A program made the position numbers and the translations under genes. Shown here in pieces: positions 42,004 through 50,658 of a DNA stretch of 64,000 nucleotides. The DNA lies in the NCBI GenBank assembly GCA_029856045.1, contig JAHQWG010000028.1, forward strand, positions 256,001-320,000. The letters run 5' to 3'. The notes beneath the pieces were generated by a model. It had not been told where the DNA came from. It searched no databases and saw only the letters and a program-made list of their open reading frames with translations. How positions within the stretch are numbered: the stretch's first letter is position 1; the number at the start of each line of letters is the position of its first letter. Source of the stretch: Promethearchaeia archaeon (GTDB lineage Archaea > Asgardarchaeota > Lokiarchaeia > Sigyniarchaeales > SOKP01).

Positions 42004-42408
42004 ATGTATTTAGAATCTCAAAAAGATTGTGTAGAGTTTATAGCAAGTGTAGGAAAACATAAAGATATCAAGCCTTGTTTTTCTACTATATTAAAAAGTG
42101 TAAGCAAGGCAGTTATTGTTATAGACTTAAGTGGGAATGTAAAATACATGAATTCTTTGTCTGAACATTTATCGGGGTGGAAAGAACATAAAGCTGCAGG
42201 AAAGCCATGGAGAGAAGTATTTAATATTATTAAAGAAAGTCCGTGTGAAAACAACGAGAATCGTAAGGTAATTTTAATTTCAAATAAGGGTCTAAAAATT
42301 CCAATCAAATACGAAACGTCATTGGTAATAGACGATGATGGAACTATAAGGGGAATTTTTTTGATTTTTAGTGATATTCATGGATTCAACCAAGTAAATT
42401 GTTTTTAA
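42004..42408 (+). CDS. Stand-alone PAS domain protein
   Basis: Aligns by eye with the last PAS of the kinase at 53664 (AVIVIDLSGNVKYMN..LSGW..GKP..VFNII). Confidence 0.75.
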   Translation: MYLESQKDCVEFIASVGKHKDIKPCFSTILKSVSKAVIVIDLSGNVKYMNSLSEHLSGWKEHKAAGKPWREVFNIIKESPCENNENRKVILISNKGLKIPIKYETSLVIDDDGTIRGIFLIFSDIHGFNQVNCF

Positions 42409-42597
42409 AAAACTCTATTGTGAGGTAGTATTTGCCCGTCACATTAGTAAATATATCTATAAAAACACGTATCCTCTCTTAATTGTCAATTAAATTCTAT
42501 GATTTTGTTTTTATTTTAATATTCTAATTTTTAAAAGGATTATTAAGATGGAACATTTATATTTATGAGTTTTTATTAAAATAATAAGACAAAATAA

Positions 42598-44025
42598 ATG
42601 ATTTTTATGTCAGATTCAGCTAAAAACATAATAAAATTTCTTTGTGATCGGTTTTTTGAATTAGATTATTATCCAACCAGTTTAAGTGCACTATTGGATT
42701 TACCAATAGAGAAGTTGAGGGATTTTACACAAAAAGATATCTCTAAATTTAACAAGATAGATATTAAAATATTACGTGATTTAACCACAATTAGTGAAGA
42801 AGAGTTTTTAGAACTTGCAACGCTAACAAACATGGATTCAAATGTATTAAATAATGCAAAAATTGCCGCTACTTTAATAGCAAATGCATGGACTAAAAGA
42901 AAAGAATATATAAAAAAATCTCAGAGTAAAATCGTTGTAGCAGGTCTTGATTATGCAGGAAAAACATCTCTTATTAATAGATTAATGCATGATCATACTC
43001 CTGGGGATGTGATTAATTTAGAGCCTACAATAGGCGCAAATATCCAAGAATTTGAATCGGATAATTTAAACTTGATAATATGGGATCTTGGAGGGCAAAA
43101 AAGTAATTTAGAGGAATATATCCAAGAACCAGAGAAATTTTTTATCCAGCTAGATGTTTTATTTTTTGTATTTGATGCTCAAGATGATGTTCGCTATGAA
43201 GTTGCTCTTAAATATTTAAATGATCTCTTAGAAATTCTTGAATTTATAAAAGAAATTCCCCATATCTTAATTCTTATAAATAAAGTAGATCCTGACATCG
43301 AAAAAGATCCCGATTTTCAAATCAAACTTGAATATTTATCTGATAAAATTACAAGAATCTTTCTTAAGAAACCAAAAAATGTAAACTATGAAATAATACA
43401 AACAAGTATTTATAATATTTATTCCCATGAGCCTGAAATCGTAAAAACCATAAAAAATGTTTTTTCAAAAGATATTATTGCGAAGAAAGAAAAAAAAGAA
43501 ATGGAAATTGATGAAAAACTTCAGAAAATATTGGATATTAATTTTAAATTAATGGATAAAGTTGTTTCTGAACTCTCTGACATAAAAAGAGTTTTATATA
43601 AATTAGCACCATCAGATCTTAAACAATCAATCTATGCTGTTCCTTTTGATAAAGTTCCCTCTGAATATGTATCAACTCCCAAAAAAATCGCAAAAAAGCC
43701 TATAATTGCAAAAATTGAAAAGGAAAAACCTAAAAAAAAGAAAAAACCTAAAAAACCAGGGGTTCCTACTAAAATTCCTAAACCTATAAAATTATCTCCA
43801 CCGGCATCCAAAATTGAAGAAACAATGGATAAATTAAGTCAAAAATTTGAAGAAAGCGAACAAAGAATGGCATTGGAAAATTTAACACCACCCAAACCTC
43901 CTCCAAAAGCACCTGCAATTCCATCAACAACCCCACATAACATTATTAATCCTCGCAGCCAAATAATGTCAGAGTTAAAAGATATCTTCAAAAAAAAGGG
44001 AATCGTGAAAAAAGAAATTGTCTAA
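42598..44025 (+). CDS. Multidomain Arf-like small GTPase with Lys/Pro-rich C-terminal tail
   Basis: GLDYAGKTS, PTIG, WDLGGQ, NKVD. About 105 aa helical N-domain and a PPKPPPKAP tail. Confidence 0.85.
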   Translation: MIFMSDSAKNIIKFLCDRFFELDYYPTSLSALLDLPIEKLRDFTQKDISKFNKIDIKILRDLTTISEEEFLELATLTNMDSNVLNNAKIAATLIANAWTKRKEYIKKSQSKIVVAGLDYAGKTSLINRLMHDHTPGDVINLEPTIGANIQEFESDNLNLIIWDLGGQKSNLEEYIQEPEKFFIQLDVLFFVFDAQDDVRYEVALKYLNDLLEILEFIKEIPHILILINKVDPDIEKDPDFQIKLEYLSDKITRIFLKKPKNVNYEIIQTSIYNIYSHEPEIVKTIKNVFSKDIIAKKEKKEMEIDEKLQKILDINFKLMDKVVSELSDIKRVLYKLAPSDLKQSIYAVPFDKVPSEYVSTPKKIAKKPIIAKIEKEKPKKKKKPKKPGVPTKIPKPIKLSPPASKIEETMDKLSQKFEESEQRMALENLTPPKPPPKAPAIPSTTPHNIINPRSQIMSELKDIFKKKGIVKKEIV

Positions 44026-44263
44026 AAAATAATCTAAATATCAAATATCAAACTAAAATTAAGTAATTATTATTAAATATCTGAAATTTTTATCGTAATT
44101 TTTCAATTAATTAAAAATCTATTACTTAGCTAATTTTTCTTGGATCTAAAGCTGTTATATTCCCATTCTCGTATTTACACATAATTTATAAGTAGATTTT
44201 TTTTTTGATTTATAGTAAATTTAATGATATTTGTAAAAACAAACAATTTTAGAAATATAGAGT

Positions 44264-44971
44264 TTACAACATGAAATCATTGATATCTTCTTTTATTGAG
44301 CGATCTATTTTTGGACATGGTTTTTCATTCAAGGCATATTGAATCAAGGTTTCCACACCAAGCAATGATGATGCCCTCCAGAGAACGTAATCTGCTAAAC
44401 CAATGTATTTTTCTCTATTATTTTTAATTATTATTTTAAAAATTATTCTTGTATCCAAATTTAGCTTATTTGAAAGATTTGTAATATGCCTATCAGGTTT
44501 AAAACAATCGATCCCGATATTTCGCATTAAATGATATACAGTAACATTACTAATATGCGGTAATTCTATTAGTTTTTTCTTAATCACTTCAAAATCATTT
44601 GCATTTCTAATATCATTTAACCATGAATTTGTAATTATTTTGCTACCCTTGATTATTGAACATATTTTTAATTTATTCTTTATAGGGATTCTTTCAAATA
44701 ATTCTGTCTCATTCATTTTGCAAACTTTTTCAACATTAAGCCCATAGAGAACATTTTTAATTAACCCCCAATTTTTTCTCACAATACTAGCATTAAAACC
44801 ACTAGTGAATACAACCCACACATATTGCTTGAAGAATTCATTTAATGATATGAATTTGTAAAAATCTTTTCCTAATAAATCTCTTATATATATCAAATAT
44901 GGATCGAATCCGGCTCTTTTTACAATTATCTTTGCATAATTATAGATTTTTAATATTTTTTCTTCAGACAC
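44264..44971 (-). CDS. HhH-type DNA glycosylase-like protein
   Basis: VVFTSGF, LPHISNVTVYHLMRNIG, KPDRH. Confidence 0.6.
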   Translation of the reverse strand: MSEEKILKIYNYAKIIVKRAGFDPYLIYIRDLLGKDFYKFISLNEFFKQYVWVVFTSGFNASIVRKNWGLIKNVLYGLNVEKVCKMNETELFERIPIKNKLKICSIIKGSKIITNSWLNDIRNANDFEVIKKKLIELPHISNVTVYHLMRNIGIDCFKPDRHITNLSNKLNLDTRIIFKIIIKNNREKYIGLADYVLWRASSLLGVETLIQYALNEKPCPKIDRSIKEDINDFML

Positions 44972-45082
44972 TTTTAATCTTACTCAATCCTAGCCAATGA
45001 TATTACATTATAATTATTTTATAATTATAAATAAAAAATAAAAAAGCTTAATTAATACAGAATTACTTCTTTTTTAACGATT

Positions 45083-45784
45083 TTGGAAAAAGATGGACTG
45101 AAAAAAATAATGATAAAACAATATTGCGTTATCTTCGATATGGATGGTGTCTTAGCAGATACAGGTCCTGTTCATTTAAAAAGTTGGATAATGATCGCAA
45201 ATGAATTAGGGATTAAAATAACTAAAAAGTTTTTTGAAGAAACATTTGGACAACAAAGCATTCCAATCATGCGAAAATTAGCTGGTCCTAATATAAATCA
45301 ATTAGAAATAGAAAAATTTGCAGCTTTAAAAGAAAAATATTACAGGGATATGGTCAAAGATGAAATAAAACCATTACCTGGAGTAATATCCCTAATTAAA
45401 TTATTGAAAGAAAAAAAATTTAAATTAGCAATAGGATCAAGTGGACCTCCTGAAAATATAGATTTATTACTTAATGGATTGAAGATTAAGCAATATTTTG
45501 ATGTTATTATTTCAGCTAAAGATGTCAAAAAAGGAAAACCTGCTCCTGATGTTTTTTTAATTGCAGCAAAACGCCTTAATATTGCACCTAAAAGATGTCT
45601 TGTAATTGAAGATGCTCCTGTAGGATTAGAAGCAGCAAAGAGAGCTGGGATGAAGTCAATTGCATTAACAACAACACATAATAAAGATGAGCTTTCTAAT
45701 GCTGATTTCGTTTGTCCTGATTTGTCCTATCTCAATGTGAACCAGATAACAGAATTGATAAACATAAAATATAAAAAAAATTAA
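45083..45784 (+). CDS. HAD-superfamily phosphatase (beta-PGM-like)
   Basis: FDMDGVLAD, GKPAPD, IEDAPVG. Confidence 0.9.
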   Translation: MEKDGLKKIMIKQYCVIFDMDGVLADTGPVHLKSWIMIANELGIKITKKFFEETFGQQSIPIMRKLAGPNINQLEIEKFAALKEKYYRDMVKDEIKPLPGVISLIKLLKEKKFKLAIGSSGPPENIDLLLNGLKIKQYFDVIISAKDVKKGKPAPDVFLIAAKRLNIAPKRCLVIEDAPVGLEAAKRAGMKSIALTTTHNKDELSNADFVCPDLSYLNVNQITELINIKYKKN

Positions 45785-46080
45785 GAATTTTGTTAGAAAT
45801 AATAATGATTATCGTTCTTTTATCTATTTAATAGTTAATAATTAACTATCATATAACGCGAATTCAAATAATAAGAATATTACCATAATGGTTAATTATT
45901 TATTTTTAGATGTTCTAGAGATAAGAGAACAAAACAAAATTAAATAGCTGTAATCTCATTATAATTTTATAGCACTAATCCACCAAAAAATAAATTTTTA
46001 AAAAATTGAAATAAATTAAATACTTAAGAATCCCCAATTACATATCATCAACTATTAATTAAATACAATGTGTATAAAAT

Positions 46081-46632
46081 TTGAAAGATGCCACATTTAA
46101 AATTTGCATTTTTGGAGACGGAGGTGTGGGTAAAACATCTTTGACCAAAAAATATGTTACTGGCTTATTTGATCCTGATTTGAAATTTACAATTGGACTG
46201 GATTTTTATGTGAAAAACCTAGAAGTTAATGAAAAGTTAATATCTTTACAAATCTGGGACTTTGCTGGTGAATCTCGATTTAGATTTCTTTTACCCGACT
46301 ATGTAAAAGGGGCATCTGGAGCAATTTTTATGTACGATATTACTCGATACTCATCCCTAAAAAATATGGATGATTGGTTGCTTGTTTTTAATCAAGGTTT
46401 AATTAAAACTGATAAGCAAATGCCTATTATTATGGTCGGAGGAAAAGCAGATCTCATTCAGAGACGGGCAATTCAGAGTGAAGACGCTATTGAGATCGCG
46501 AAAAAGCAAAAATTTATTGGATTTATTGAATGTTCCTCTAAAACAGGAGAAAATGTAGAAAAAATATTTATTACATTAGCTAATATAATGATGAAAGAAG
46601 CAGGTTTAACCCAAGATAATATTTTGTTATAA
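46081..46632 (+). CDS. Rab-like small GTPase
   Basis: GDGGVGKTS, TIGLDF, LQIWDFAGE, GKAD, ECSSKTG. No C-terminal Cys. Confidence 0.92.
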   Translation: MKDATFKICIFGDGGVGKTSLTKKYVTGLFDPDLKFTIGLDFYVKNLEVNEKLISLQIWDFAGESRFRFLLPDYVKGASGAIFMYDITRYSSLKNMDDWLLVFNQGLIKTDKQMPIIMVGGKADLIQRRAIQSEDAIEIAKKQKFIGFIECSSKTGENVEKIFITLANIMMKEAGLTQDNILL

Positions 46633-46780
46633 ATTCTTTTTCTAAACCAGAAGAATTAAACCAATAATAGGATGTTATTCGTATTATTGAGGTTTATTCA
46701 ATTTATAATAAAAAAAAAGAAAAAAAATTGGTTATTATTTATTCCTCCGCTTGAAAGAAAACTCTAAAACATAAGATTTA

Positions 46781-46990
46781 CTAGAAGTATTTAATAGCGA
46801 GTAAGATATCTTCTTTTGTAATTTTCTTCCTCTTCGAATGTTTTGTTAACTTCAAAGCGGTTTCAGTTATTGATTTACTGGCAACACCCAACCAATCGAT
46901 TAATTCATCAACAGCGTCGCGTGCAACGATTGTAGCACCACTGTTTTTCATTAATCGGCGGATGGGGCTCCATGAAAAGTATTCTGCCAT
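46781..46990 (-). CDS. Archaeal histone (no tail)
   Basis: SPIRRLMK, VARDAV, HSKRKKITKEDI histone fold. Confidence 0.92.
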   Translation of the reverse strand: MAEYFSWSPIRRLMKNSGATIVARDAVDELIDWLGVASKSITETALKLTKHSKRKKITKEDILLAIKYF

Positions 46991-47424
46991 AATTTTTCAC
47001 ACTTTTTTATTTTTTTTATTAATTTTTTATTTTATATTTATATAAAAATTTGTGTTTGAATTAATATATTCTCTTCAAATATTTAAAGATTTTGGTGTGT
47101 ATTGAAAAATAGTAAAAAAAAAGTGAGAAAAATTGAAATATTTTTGTCGAGTCATGGAATTTGTTAATCTGGTAAGAGATAATTTTTTTAATTAAATTTC
47201 ATCAGCTGACCAAAATTTGTAGCCAATTAATAATATTTGTAATGATTTTTATATATTTTTTATTTATGGGATTAAATTTTAGAATTAAAGTAGGTTTTTA
47301 TAAAAATGTGAGATAGAATATTAGAAAAAATATTAAAAGATATGAGAAAACTTTTACTATTTGTTAAGTAGATTTATAATTTATTTGGTAAAATTTATTT
47401 TAATCTAAATCAAATTGAACTATT

Positions 47425-47928
47425 ATGATAAATCCAAAAGATTTCTTAGAATTTCTAAAGAGAAGAAGAAGTATAAGAATGTTTCAGAATAAGATGATTC
47501 CAGATGATGAAATTGAAATGATTTTAAAAGCAGCAAGATGGACACCCAGCGCTTCAAATAGACAGCCATGGCAATTTATAGTTATAAAGGATAAGGAATT
47601 GTTAAAAACTCTTTCAAAAATAACGATTTATGGGTATTTTATGGCGCAAGCACCAGTAGCCATTGCTATTGTGGGTAAGATTTCAGAAAGTCCAAATTGG
47701 TATATTCAAGATACTACACTGGCTTCAATGAGTATAATACTTATGGCTTGGTCTCTAGGTATTGGAACATGTTGGATTGGCAGTTTAGATCGAGAAAAAA
47801 CTAAAGAATTGTTAAACCTAGATAAAAAGGACTATTTACTTACAGTATTACCATTGGGTTATATTAAAGGAGATATTCCTAAACCTACACCGCGTAAGGA
47901 ATTAAAAGAAATAAAAAAAGAAATTTAA
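47425..47928 (+). CDS. Nitroreductase
   Basis: RRSIR, PSASNRQPW, GIGTCW. Confidence 0.9.
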   Translation: MINPKDFLEFLKRRRSIRMFQNKMIPDDEIEMILKAARWTPSASNRQPWQFIVIKDKELLKTLSKITIYGYFMAQAPVAIAIVGKISESPNWYIQDTTLASMSIILMAWSLGIGTCWIGSLDREKTKELLNLDKKDYLLTVLPLGYIKGDIPKPTPRKELKEIKKEI

Positions 47929-47951
47929 AAATATTATATTAATAATCTGAA

Positions 47952-48380
47952 TTAAAACATATCTTTTTGAATAGAATTTTCAATTTCTTTATCGATTTCA
48001 TCATTTGGTTTTTTGACACATCCTATTTCTGCTATTGTTTGAAGTCCTGTTGGACTTACCGTTTCCTTTATATCGTTACAAATCTTTGGTGGACTATTTG
48101 GATCAGCACCTGTCCCAAATATGATAAGTTTTTTGCCTTGTAGATTCAATTGGTTAACTTTTTTCAAGAATTTTTTAAAAGTCATCGCCATTTGACCACC
48201 ATGAGTTGGAGAACCCAACCCGATAATATCAAAACTTTTAATAGAATCAATTGATTTGAATTCTTTATCCCGATAAATTTCGACTGAAGTCCCCAGATCT
48301 TCCAATCTTTTCATAATTTTTTCTGCTAATAATTTTGTGTTTCCAGAGCGTGTATCATAAATAATAATTGCTTTCGACAT
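47952..48380 (-). CDS. Flavodoxin-like protein
   Basis: YDTRSGNT and GSPT. Confidence 0.85.
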   Translation of the reverse strand: MSKAIIIYDTRSGNTKLLAEKIMKRLEDLGTSVEIYRDKEFKSIDSIKSFDIIGLGSPTHGGQMAMTFKKFLKKVNQLNLQGKKLIIFGTGADPNSPPKICNDIKETVSPTGLQTIAEIGCVKKPNDEIDKEIENSIQKDMF

Positions 48381-48534
48381 TTTTTATCACTCTCTAAAAA
48401 TAATGTAATATAATATCTGGAAGACCTTAAATAACTTTTTCATCATTTTGAAAGGTAAATAAAATTACTTAAAATTTTTTAAGTTCCATAACAAATAATC
48501 TTTTATTTTTAATGATTCTGGAATTTCTAAAGGT

Positions 48535-48906
48535 TTAAGATAAAAATTCTTTTATAACTTCTTTGAATTCCTTGAGATTTAATGGTTTTGAGAGCGATTT
48601 ATTAAACCTGGCACTGGCAAATACGGATTCCCTATTACCTTCAACTGGAGAAGAAGAGGCGGCAATGATTGGAGTCTCTTTAAATTTATCTATTTTACGG
48701 AGTTCTTTACAAATATCAATTCCTTTTAATTTTGGAAGGTTATTATCTAAAATAATAAGATCAGGATTCTCAGATTTTATCATTTCTAAGCCTTTATCTC
48801 CCCGAGTTTCATAGAAAACTTTAATATTTGGGATTTTCTTGAAGATAGCTTTATATAATTTGATATTGGTTTCGTTATCTTCGATAATAAAAATTTTTTT
48901 TGTCAA
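48535..48906 (-). CDS. Single-domain response regulator
   Basis: IEDN, LIILD, KP. Confidence 0.88.
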   Translation of the reverse strand: MTKKIFIIEDNETNIKLYKAIFKKIPNIKVFYETRGDKGLEMIKSENPDLIILDNNLPKLKGIDICKELRKIDKFKETPIIAASSSPVEGNRESVFASARFNKSLSKPLNLKEFKEVIKEFLS

Positions 48907-49004
48907 TGATTTTCCCTCTTATACTAAATTATAAACTTTTTGTCAAATAATAACATAATAATAATAAATTATTTCTATTTAAATTAAATGGAGAAAAACT
49001 TCAA

Positions 49005-49931
49005 TTGAAATATATTTTTGGTCCAGTTCCATCTCGACGGTTGGGAAATTCATTAGGGGTTGATCCAATCCCTTCTAAAACTTGTAATTTTTCATGTGTT
49101 TATTGTCAATTAGGAAGAACAACAAACTTAACAAATACAAGAAAAAATTTTTTTCCAAAAGAAGATATAATTCAAGAAATGAAACTATCATTAAAAATTC
49201 ACGAAAAAACGATGGATTTTTTAACTTTTGTAGGAAGTGGAGAACCAACATTATATAAGGATTTGAAAGATCTTATTTTAGTGGCAAAACGATTGACAAA
49301 GAAACCAGTTTGTGTAATAACCAATGGAGCATTATTGTATGATCAGGAAGTGCAAAATACTCTGATGGAAGCAGATGTTATTATGCCAAGTTTAGATGCA
49401 GGAGATGAAAAAATGTTTAAAAGGATTAATCGCCCTCATCCTGATATAAAATTTAATAAAATGGTTGAAGGGTTGATTGAATTTAGAAAAAAATTTTCCG
49501 GTAAAATCTGGATGGAGATAATGTTAATGGATGAAATTAATGATGGAATCGAATCACTTAAATTGACTAAAGTAATCCTAAATCAGATTAATCCAGACCG
49601 TACATACATTAATGTACCTATAAGACCTCCTGCAGAATCTTGGGTAAAAAAGCCAAGTAAAGAATCAATTGAAAGATGTAAGGACATTTTAGGTGAAATC
49701 TATAATATCTCTTTTCCTGAAGAAGGACAATTTTTTAGTCCAAGTTCTGACTTAGAAAATGAAATTTTATTATTAATAGAAAGACATCCAATGAGGCATG
49801 AGCAAATTCTTAAAACATTTTCAAATTTCTCTGAAAAGAAAATATTAACAATCCTAAATAAATTAGAAAAGGAAGGGAAAGTAATAAAAAAGAAATATGA
49901 TGAGGTAATATTCTGGAATTTCATTCCGTAG
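49005..49931 (+). CDS. Radical SAM protein
   Basis: FGPVPSRRLG, CNFSCVYC, GSGEPTL. Confidence 0.88.
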   Translation: MKYIFGPVPSRRLGNSLGVDPIPSKTCNFSCVYCQLGRTTNLTNTRKNFFPKEDIIQEMKLSLKIHEKTMDFLTFVGSGEPTLYKDLKDLILVAKRLTKKPVCVITNGALLYDQEVQNTLMEADVIMPSLDAGDEKMFKRINRPHPDIKFNKMVEGLIEFRKKFSGKIWMEIMLMDEINDGIESLKLTKVILNQINPDRTYINVPIRPPAESWVKKPSKESIERCKDILGEIYNISFPEEGQFFSPSSDLENEILLLIERHPMRHEQILKTFSNFSEKKILTILNKLEKEGKVIKKKYDEVIFWNFIP

Positions 49932-49962
49932 TTATTGAATCTGATTTTATGTATTATTATAT

Positions 49963-50601
49963 TTATTTTATTGAGTTTGTTGCGAGCATCTCATCAAGGG
50001 CTTTAGTTATTTCTTTACATGATTCAAGCATCATTTCTGTGTAATTCACAACTGTTTGCTCAGATAGATTTCCTTGTTTTTTCCCTTCTAAAATTAATTC
50101 ACAAAATCCTTGAATAGTATTAATTCCGCTTCTAATTTGCATAGTAAATGATTCTAATGGCAAGACTTCTTCCTTTTTCATATATATCTCATTTATTTCA
50201 CTAAAAAATTTCTTAAATGATTTTATATCATCTGATAAAATTTGTTTGTTTCCTAATTTTAGGAATTCCATTTCAATTCTTCGGAAATGAATTATTGGAA
50301 TTAGCGGATATGCTACATCCCGAAGAATTATCAGTGAATATAATTGTTTCCCTCCCCGAGCGCTAGGATCTTCAACTTCTATTTTACAGATCTGGGAATA
50401 AAATTGACTATAATCCAAAATGACAAATTTATTTTTAGTATTTAATGCATCTCTCAAAAGATTTTTGACAAATTGCTCTTCCTTAAGTGGAAAAGATGAA
50501 TATAAAGTTCTGGGACCCAAAATTTGATCATATTTTCCAATAATTAAAATAAATTGATATTTATCCAATCCTTCTTTAAAATTTAGGTAATCATCAGACA
50601 T
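49963..50601 (-). CDS. Folliculin-like longin/uDENN domain fused to a His-less HisKA (DHp)-like domain
   Basis: YDQILGPRTL and DPSARGG..YSLII motifs. C-terminal FTMQIRSGINTIQGFCELIL aligns to the H-box helix. Confidence 0.65.
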   Translation of the reverse strand: MSDDYLNFKEGLDKYQFILIIGKYDQILGPRTLYSSFPLKEEQFVKNLLRDALNTKNKFVILDYSQFYSQICKIEVEDPSARGGKQLYSLIILRDVAYPLIPIIHFRRIEMEFLKLGNKQILSDDIKSFKKFFSEINEIYMKKEEVLPLESFTMQIRSGINTIQGFCELILEGKKQGNLSEQTVVNYTEMMLESCKEITKALDEMLATNSIK

Positions 50602-50658
50602 AGCCTTCCTCCATTTTCATATTAGATTTTATTTTTATGCTGATTTCTTTGGTTATTT

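Noticed and set aside
46991-47424. Long intergenic region upstream of the histone gene as a possible ncRNA or tRNA
   Set aside because: It is very AT-rich with no GC-rich stems or cloverleaf, consistent with divergent promoters.
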